This document shows, piece after piece, positions 57,943 through 64,000 of a stretch of 64,000 nucleotides of DNA. Every line of letters starts with the position of its first letter. The stretch's first letter is position 1. The translations under genes were made by a program, and so were the position numbers. The notes below the pieces were generated by a model that was given only the letters and a program-made list of their open reading frames with translations, had not been told where the DNA came from and did no database searches. Origin of the DNA: an uncultured Neokomagataea sp. (GTDB lineage: Bacteria > Pseudomonadota > Alphaproteobacteria > Acetobacterales > Acetobacteraceae); contig CAMKWA010000009.1 in assembly GCA_946476835.1 (NCBI GenBank), positions 24,017 to 88,016 on the forward strand, in the 5' to 3' direction.

Positions 57943-60516
57943 ATGCCGGCATCCTCATCAGGCACGTTCACCGCACCAGAAACAGGAAGCTCCTACAGCG
58001 TTTCAGGTGGTGGTACGGTTACCGGCACTATTAACGGGAATCCCGGCCAGCAATACGCCACTCCCGGCTTACAGACTATTTCTTCAGGTAGCGCCATCTC
58101 CGGATCCACTATTACCGGAACATCTCTTAATGCGATGCCGAATAGAACATTTATGACCGTCCCTCTTGAGGTTGATGCTTCACAAAATGTTCTGTCAGGC
58201 GGTGCCGCCCTCAATACAACATTATCCGGCACCGGAAACCCAGCAACAACCCCTCAAGATTCTGCCTTCCAAACACTACAAAGCGGCGCATATGCCAGCG
58301 CAACTACAATTGGCACAAATGGTCAGTCTACCGTCTATAATGGCGCTATTACCGAAGACGTCATTCTCACCGGTGGCATGCAAATTGTCTCCAGCGGCGG
58401 CACTGCAAACAACGTTACAGTGAATTCTGGTACCCTTGATCTTGAAGGAGGAAGCGCAAGCGCTATCACCGTCTCCTCTGGCAGCGGAACCATTATTGAT
58501 AATAACGGCAGCTTAACATCCGCCACCCTTAATTCCGGCAACACGCTCAGCCTTGGCTCAAATACAACAGCCCATAATCTAACCGTAAATAGCGGCGCAA
58601 CACTCATACTCAATAGCGGTGCAAACCTGCTCGATGGCCTCTCCCTAGACCCCGGCGCCGTCTTGTCTCTCACTGGTGCTACAAATGCCTCCGCACTCAG
58701 CGGCCAAGTTATTTCATCTGGTGGTGTCATCACCAATGCACAGGGTCAAACCTTCACACAAAACACGCCAGTTCTTGAAATTTTATCCAGTGGCAGCGTT
58801 CTAAACACACTCGCTATTCCCTACACTTCCACACCATATCAATTTCTGACAACATCCACCGGCGGCATTGACCTTATAACCAATTTCAACCAACAGGCTG
58901 CCCCAACCTTTACCAACCCAGAAACCGGCGCAGTATATAACGTCTATTCCGGTAGTGTCGTATCTGGGAGCACAGCAACACAGATTATTTCCTCTGGCAC
59001 CGCAGTATCGGGCAGCACAATTAGCGGTGGTTCAACCTCTGGTACTTGGTACAACACAATCGCTGTTCCATCGTCACAAACGGTTCTCTCTGGAGGCGCG
59101 GCACTGAATACGAACATTTCAGGGTCAACGTTTATGCCCGGAACAGGTATGGCCAGCGAACAAATCTATTCATCCTCTACAGCGTCGCAGATTCTGCAAT
59201 CTGGAGCATATGCAAGCAATACAACACTAGGAGCGTTCGGGGATTCCGTTATTCAAGCAGGGGCCGTCTCTGACAACGTAACGATTACAGGTGCAAACGT
59301 CCTTACTGGCCTCGTAGTCGTAGGACAATTATCAACCTCCGGCGGGTTCCAAACCGTTCTCAGTGGCGGAACGCTAAACACAGCGTCCATCACTTCTGGC
59401 GGCACACTCGATATCGAAGGCGGAACTGCAAACAACATCACAACCCTCAATGGCTGGGTCCAGCAATACAACCAATATTACCAGCAAGGCGCTACAGCCC
59501 TTGCCACCATCGTTGATAACGGTGGCACCCTCACCGGTGTCTCTCTTGTTTCGGGCACTCAACTTATCGTCGGGAACAACACAACCGTCACCAACGTAAC
59601 GGCCAGCAGTGGCGCTACCATCACCCTCACCCAAAATGCCAATATTTTGGGCAACGTCGCTATTGACCCCAACGCGACCATCCAGTTGCAAGGTGCTGGT
59701 GCAACACTCTCTGGCATTTCAGGCGTTGTCGTCTCTCAATCAACCAGCGCTCCCATGGTACAGGGCGCAGCCCTGACAACATCTCTGGCTGCTGCTCAAC
59801 AAAACACCCACGCAGTGCTCGACGTCCTATCAAACGGTACCATCATCAACGAGATTGCCCTACCCAACGCCACAACACCTTTCTCTTTTACTAATGCCCC
59901 TTCTGGTAATGGCGTAGATCTCGTGATCGGCACCCCCTGCTACTGCCCCGGCACACGCATCATGACCCCAACAGGCGAACGCCCCGTCGAGGACCTCGCT
60001 ATCGGTGATCTGATCCTCACCGCCAGCGGACAAGAGCGCCGAGTGCATTGGATTGGTCGGCGCTCTTATGATCCTCTTTTTGCTTTTGGTAACCGTGATA
60101 TTTTACCCGTACGGTTCAAAGCAGGCTCCCTCGGCAATGACCTTCCTCACCGAGACCTCACCGTTTCCCCATTACATGCCATGTTCTTAGATGGATACCT
60201 GATCCCTGCCCTACACTTGGTCAATAATCACTCTATTGACCAGATCACACGCCCCGAACGCACAATTACGTATATTCACATTGAGCTTGAGAGCCATGAC
60301 ATCCTCCTCGCGGAAGGTGCCGCCTCAGAAAGCTTTGTCGATGACGGATCACGCGGCATGTTCCATAATGCCCATCATTATGCCGAGCAGTACCCGCATA
60401 TAACGCAGAAGCCTGCAACATACTGCGCTCCGCGCCTTGAAGGCGGCCCAGAACTTGCCCGCATTCATGCCCGTCTCATGGAAACCGTGCCTCCCTCCAC
60501 TCAAAAGACAGCGTAA
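57943..60516 (+). CDS. Repeat-rich (AIDA-like beta-helix) protein with C-terminal Hint / bacterial intein-like domain
   Basis: There is no signal peptide, and residues 1-665 contain no Cys. SGGTANNVTVNSGTLDLEGG-type repeats fill this region. From Cys666 the sequence reads CYCPGTRIMTPTGERPVEDLAIGDLILT...PLHAMFLDG...HDILLAEGAASESF, which matches the Hint_2 pattern (CFxxGTxIxT ... ESF). Confidence 0.85.
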   Translation: MPASSSGTFTAPETGSSYSVSGGGTVTGTINGNPGQQYATPGLQTISSGSAISGSTITGTSLNAMPNRTFMTVPLEVDASQNVLSGGAALNTTLSGTGNPATTPQDSAFQTLQSGAYASATTIGTNGQSTVYNGAITEDVILTGGMQIVSSGGTANNVTVNSGTLDLEGGSASAITVSSGSGTIIDNNGSLTSATLNSGNTLSLGSNTTAHNLTVNSGATLILNSGANLLDGLSLDPGAVLSLTGATNASALSGQVISSGGVITNAQGQTFTQNTPVLEILSSGSVLNTLAIPYTSTPYQFLTTSTGGIDLITNFNQQAAPTFTNPETGAVYNVYSGSVVSGSTATQIISSGTAVSGSTISGGSTSGTWYNTIAVPSSQTVLSGGAALNTNISGSTFMPGTGMASEQIYSSSTASQILQSGAYASNTTLGAFGDSVIQAGAVSDNVTITGANVLTGLVVVGQLSTSGGFQTVLSGGTLNTASITSGGTLDIEGGTANNITTLNGWVQQYNQYYQQGATALATIVDNGGTLTGVSLVSGTQLIVGNNTTVTNVTASSGATITLTQNANILGNVAIDPNATIQLQGAGATLSGISGVVVSQSTSAPMVQGAALTTSLAAAQQNTHAVLDVLSNGTIINEIALPNATTPFSFTNAPSGNGVDLVIGTPCYCPGTRIMTPTGERPVEDLAIGDLILTASGQERRVHWIGRRSYDPLFAFGNRDILPVRFKAGSLGNDLPHRDLTVSPLHAMFLDGYLIPALHLVNNHSIDQITRPERTITYIHIELESHDILLAEGAASESFVDDGSRGMFHNAHHYAEQYPHITQKPATYCAPRLEGGPELARIHARLMETVPPSTQKTA
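57964..59937 (+). repeat. Tandem duplication of a ~320-340-aa module inside the Hint-protein passenger region
   Basis: Module 1 (57964-58905) and module 2 (58906-59937) are colinear. Matching landmarks include TFTAPETG/TFTNPETG, VLSGGAALNTT/VLSGGAALNTN, LQSGAYASATTIG/LQSGAYASNTTLG and GGIDLIT/NGVDLVI. Confidence 0.8.
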
Positions 60517-60544
60517 CACGCTCACAATAAGGTAATATTTCCGC

Positions 60545-62491
60545 GTGACTGACCCTCTAACGGGCTATCTTGACCTCTGTACCCGTGATGCACTGGCTGG
60601 CTGGGCTATAGACCCCACCAGCCCTGAGCGCGCTCTTCGCCTTAGCATTCTACAAGATGGCACATTGGTCGATGACATTACGGCTACACAGTTCCGGGCA
60701 GACCTCACCACCCAAGGCCGCTCAGGCCATTGTGCATTTCATTGGTTTTGGCCTGAGCCACCGCCTCATGAAGGCTGTCGCATTGACATTCAGGAGACTG
60801 AAACACAACGCCCCTTACTCAATACACCGCTGGTCATCCCACCCCTGCCCAGCGCCTTAGAGGGCTGTATAGACCTTGCCAATCGTCACAAAATCGCCGG
60901 TTGGGTACGAGACCGCCTAAACCCACAGCGCACCGTATGGCTGATCCTGCATATCAACGGCCAGGCCACACAACGCATCCCCGCCAACCGCTTTCGCCAT
61001 GACCTTCGAGAAGCCGGTCTTGACCATGGCCGCTACGGCTTTGAGCATAATTTCACACCCCCTTTGGAGCCTCTACAAGATTACAGCCTCCAACTCTGCC
61101 ACGGTACAACGGCCTTTTTAGAACCCGTTTTCCTCCCGCGCACGACAACGTTAACCACAGAATTACGCCGCTACATTGCCAATACACTCAATAATATTCA
61201 TGACGAGACCGAGCGAAAGAGCGCCCTCACATTCCTAACAGAACAATCCGACACTCTACGCAATCAAGCCGCAGCAACCGTCACAACGCGCGCTGAAAAA
61301 GACTTATCCCGCCAAGCAAAACGGCTTTTCCAATCACCAACAGCACACAGCGCGCCCTGCATACTCATCATTGATGACCAAACCCCTGACCCTTCGCGGG
61401 ATGCTGGGTCCGTCGCCTTACTCTCTCACATCCGCGCCATACAGAGCCTCGGCTATGAATGCTGCTTTATCGCCTCACGTCTTCCATCTTCAGAAGAAGA
61501 CCATCTACGCCTCTCAACCCTCGGCATTACCTGCCTTATGCCGCCTATTTTTACAGGCCCAGAAGAAGCCTTAAAGCGCTTAGGAGATGGTCTCGAGGCG
61601 GTCTATCTCCATCGCCTGAATAATGCTGAGAGCTATTCAGCACTCACACGCGCATTCGCACCGACTGCCACACTCATCTGGAGTATTGCGGACCTCGCCT
61701 CCCGCCGCTTACAGCGTCAGTCCAGCGTTGAAGCCCGACCAGAACTCCTGCGTGTCGCCCAGCGTTTAGAAATTCGAGAAAATATGTGTGCTTGGTTAGC
61801 CGATGCCACCATTACACATTCCGATGTAGAAACAACACATTTACAACGCCAAGTTCCTACAGCACACCCCACCACCATTCCATGGGATGTGCCCATACAC
61901 CGGCGCACCAAAACACCTTCTACCAGCCAGCCTATCATCGCCTTTGTTGCTCATTTCGCACACGCACCAAATTTAGACGCAGCAAAATGGCTCATCCTTG
62001 ATATACTGCCACGGCTGATAAAGCATATCCCAAACCTAACATGCCGCCTGATTGGTAGCGCTATGCCGCATGCCTTGCATATCTTGGCACAAGACAATGT
62101 AGAGATCATTGGTCACGTCCCAGATATTGGAACAGCGCTAAGTGATGTGACGCTTTGCGTCGCTCCACTCCGTTTTGGGGCCGGTATTAAAGGAAAGGTT
62201 TTGGAATCATGGTCGTTCGGTATCCCGATCATCATGACACCCATCGCCGCAGAAGGCATTATCCCCGAACAACACGCGATCCTCTCACGCGCAATTGCCC
62301 ATACTGCAGAAGATTTTGCCGAAAGTATTCGAGCACACCTCAAGCCCAGTGTCGCCAAGACGCATATCACCGCATCGCGCCATTTGCTGCGCAGTAGATT
62401 TCAAAAAGAAACCATTCAAACGCGCTTTAAGGCTATTCTTCCGCCCGTCGAAGAAGAGCTCCATACAAACGAAAAGCCCGTTTTGCATTAA
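60545..62491 (+). CDS. Glycosyltransferase (C-terminal GT-B/GT4-like) with two tandem N-terminal ~67-aa domains
   Basis: C-terminal block VAPLRFGAGIKGKVLESWSFGIPIIMTP. The central block is ILIIDDQTPDPSRDAGS. The GTG start lies 28 nt after the Hint gene stop. Confidence 0.7.
   Translation: MTDPLTGYLDLCTRDALAGWAIDPTSPERALRLSILQDGTLVDDITATQFRADLTTQGRSGHCAFHWFWPEPPPHEGCRIDIQETETQRPLLNTPLVIPPLPSALEGCIDLANRHKIAGWVRDRLNPQRTVWLILHINGQATQRIPANRFRHDLREAGLDHGRYGFEHNFTPPLEPLQDYSLQLCHGTTAFLEPVFLPRTTTLTTELRRYIANTLNNIHDETERKSALTFLTEQSDTLRNQAAATVTTRAEKDLSRQAKRLFQSPTAHSAPCILIIDDQTPDPSRDAGSVALLSHIRAIQSLGYECCFIASRLPSSEEDHLRLSTLGITCLMPPIFTGPEEALKRLGDGLEAVYLHRLNNAESYSALTRAFAPTATLIWSIADLASRRLQRQSSVEARPELLRVAQRLEIRENMCAWLADATITHSDVETTHLQRQVPTAHPTTIPWDVPIHRRTKTPSTSQPIIAFVAHFAHAPNLDAAKWLILDILPRLIKHIPNLTCRLIGSAMPHALHILAQDNVEIIGHVPDIGTALSDVTLCVAPLRFGAGIKGKVLESWSFGIPIIMTPIAAEGIIPEQHAILSRAIAHTAEDFAESIRAHLKPSVAKTHITASRHLLRSRFQKETIQTRFKAILPPVEEELHTNEKPVLH
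60563..61063 (+). repeat. Internal domain duplication (residues 7-73 and 107-173) in the glycosyltransferase N-terminus
   Basis: GYLDLCTRDALAGWAIDPTSPERAL...FRADLTTQG..GHCAFHW..PEPP against GCIDLANRHKIAGWVRDRLNPQRTV...FRHDLREAG..GRYGFEH..FTPP. Confidence 0.7.
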
Positions 62492-62557
62492 ACGCAAAAC
62501 GGGACCTTTCAAAAAAACCGTACAAACCATGATAAACACACGGCTCTTACCCAGTGA

Positions 62558-63754
62558 TCAATGTCCTTGGAGCAGAACATCTCCACCACTCTTTACGTCA
62601 GGCTCTTCTGCGTTCCGTAACTGATCAACAGACTGATGATAAACACGGATCACCATCTCTTTATGGCCATTGGGCCGACGCCAACGCTCAAATGCCATCA
62701 CAGTATCTGGTGCCGTACTATCGGGCTGATCCGCAAACTTCCACGACACACCAAATAGCGCCATCATAGCGTCTTGATTAGAATCGTGCCCCGCCAAAAC
62801 CAAAACACGTGTCTGCGGCATAACACCCGGAATATTCGATACAGCATGATCAGACAAAAACGCCTTAATCGCGTCTGCCATCAGACCATTCTTCACCCGC
62901 GCATACGCAGGCGTCCGACGCAATAAACGGCTTTCATACTCATGGACAGGCATCACCACGTTGAGACCATGCTCAACATCACGGCCTTCAGCTCCAAAAT
63001 GTTCAGCCGCAAAACCTTCTCCCTGCATTAAAAGAAGATTTTCCGCCAACGTTCCGGCAGTAGCCATCCCACCTTTTAAGCGGGGTTTACCCTCTTTCCA
63101 CTCCAAGGCCACCGGTGTCTGAAAACACGCGCTAGGCTTATGCCCAACAGTACACCCTCTTGGAGAAATCCAACTCTGTAAATACGCTAAACCCGACACC
63201 ACATTTGGGGGAACAGGCCGCGATGAAACCCTAATGAAGTCACGCAGAATCGCCATATGCTCGGCAGGCGAAATGTCATGCACAGACAGTCCATTAAAAA
63301 TCGGATTTTGCGCACCACTTGCCCAATGCGCCACCACCCCACAGGATGGCGCAATATGCTCGGCCCAGATTTCGCCCGTACGCTGCGTACGATGGTCAGC
63401 AGCGTCCGCCCACACAACAACATGCTGCGCAGCCTCACCGCAGGCAGCATTGGGAAGAAGACCGTATTCTCCATAACGCGCATGCACCGCCTTCACCATC
63501 GCGGCTAAGGCTTGTTCACCATGCGACGTCATTTCACCCGGCGCCACCGGCCAATCTGTCCAGTTAAAACCAGTCATCCCCCGTAAATCTGCAATTGGTT
63601 TCGTCGGGCTGCGCACACCATGTCGCGCAAGAAAAACGACTTTCTCCAGCACACCACCATGTTGCACTTCAGCACGCGCTACTGAGGCCGATGACAGAAC
63701 AGCCCCGAATATACAGCCTGCGGCTATGACCCTATGGAATACGCGCTTCATCAT
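62558..63754 (-). CDS. Histidine acid phosphatase (AppA/Agp/phytase-like), periplasmic
   Basis: A signal peptide, the RHGVRSPT catalytic motif and a downstream HDSN motif. Confidence 0.85.
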   Translation of the reverse strand: MMKRVFHRVIAAGCIFGAVLSSASVARAEVQHGGVLEKVVFLARHGVRSPTKPIADLRGMTGFNWTDWPVAPGEMTSHGEQALAAMVKAVHARYGEYGLLPNAACGEAAQHVVVWADAADHRTQRTGEIWAEHIAPSCGVVAHWASGAQNPIFNGLSVHDISPAEHMAILRDFIRVSSRPVPPNVVSGLAYLQSWISPRGCTVGHKPSACFQTPVALEWKEGKPRLKGGMATAGTLAENLLLMQGEGFAAEHFGAEGRDVEHGLNVVMPVHEYESRLLRRTPAYARVKNGLMADAIKAFLSDHAVSNIPGVMPQTRVLVLAGHDSNQDAMMALFGVSWKFADQPDSTAPDTVMAFERWRRPNGHKEMVIRVYHQSVDQLRNAEEPDVKSGGDVLLQGH

Positions 63755-64000
63755 TATGGATACGTCGCTGTAAGGTTGAAGAACACGCTACGCCCCGCCA
63801 AACGCCAATACAATGGCGCATTACCCACATTTTGGTTCCCTGCAAAAGCACTGACTGCATGGCTATTAAACAGGTTAGAAATTTTCAGGCTCGGCGTTAC
63901 ATCCCGCAAATACCCGCCGATATTATGAATGCGCCAGCCCAAGGCCAAATCAGCCGTAGCATTACTGCTGATCCGGTATTGATTTGCAAACACGGTCGCA
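63754..64000 (-). CDS. TonB-dependent receptor, C-terminal part (gene runs off the window end)
   Basis: C-terminal beta-barrel strands ending ...GRSVFFNLTATYP. The stop shares one nucleotide with the phosphatase ATG (TAATG). Confidence 0.6.
   Translation of the reverse strand, partial: ATVFANQYRISSNATADLALGWRIHNIGGYLRDVTPSLKISNLFNSHAVSAFAGNQNVGNAPLYWRLAGRSVFFNLTATYP

Noticed and set aside
57943-60516. Classical type V autotransporter or mobile intein interpretation of the Hint protein.
   Set aside because: It has no Sec signal peptide and no C-terminal beta-barrel translocator. The Hint domain is not inserted in a conserved host protein, has no homing endonuclease, and lacks a nucleophilic +1 residue.
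1-64000. Search for tRNA, rRNA, CRISPR arrays and long nucleotide-level repeats.
   Set aside because: No intergenic region shows cloverleaf-compatible sequence, regularly spaced direct repeats or rRNA-like segments by eye. A computational scan (tRNAscan, Infernal, a CRISPR finder, self dot-plot) would be needed to be certain.

Overview
A 64 kb chromosomal window that looks like an acetic-acid bacterium (Acetobacteraceae). That assignment is an inference from the Zymomonas-type pyruvate decarboxylase, the alphaproteobacterial split F0 atp operon and the gene content. Most of it is housekeeping: a flagellar operon on the minus strand (fliF-fliG-fliH-fliN-flhA-flhF-flhG), asd, a stand-alone sucA, nadE, dsbB, mlaD, atpI-B-E-F'-F, an ArnC/ArnT-like pair, lgt, pgeF, catalase, pdc, pstS with a divergent porin, ugd, transporters, phnA, cysH-cysD-cysNC, mlaEF and radA. 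I found no tRNA, rRNA, CRISPR array, transposase or integrase. Two accessory loci stand out and share one logic. Each encodes a Cys-free, Gly/Ser/Thr/Asn-rich beta-helix-type repeat protein with no signal peptide and many N-X-S/T sequons, placed next to large multidomain glycosyltransferases and visibly AT-rich DNA. Locus 1 (13.8-21.6 kb) has a 450-aa RTX-like repeat protein bracketed by two glycosyltransferases that share a paralogous domain. Locus 2 (57.8-62.5 kb) has an 857-aa protein made of a duplicated AIDA-like module and a C-terminal Hint (bacterial intein-like) domain, followed by a glycosyltransferase. I propose these as candidate surface-protein glycosylation/secretion modules, but that is hypothesis only. 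Smaller observations include dual Pho boxes between pstS and the porin, a homopolymer frameshift in a signal peptide, a startless AT-rich gene remnant, a split Mla system and a CtrA-like box upstream of fliF. All product calls rest on motif recognition by eye; no searches were run.
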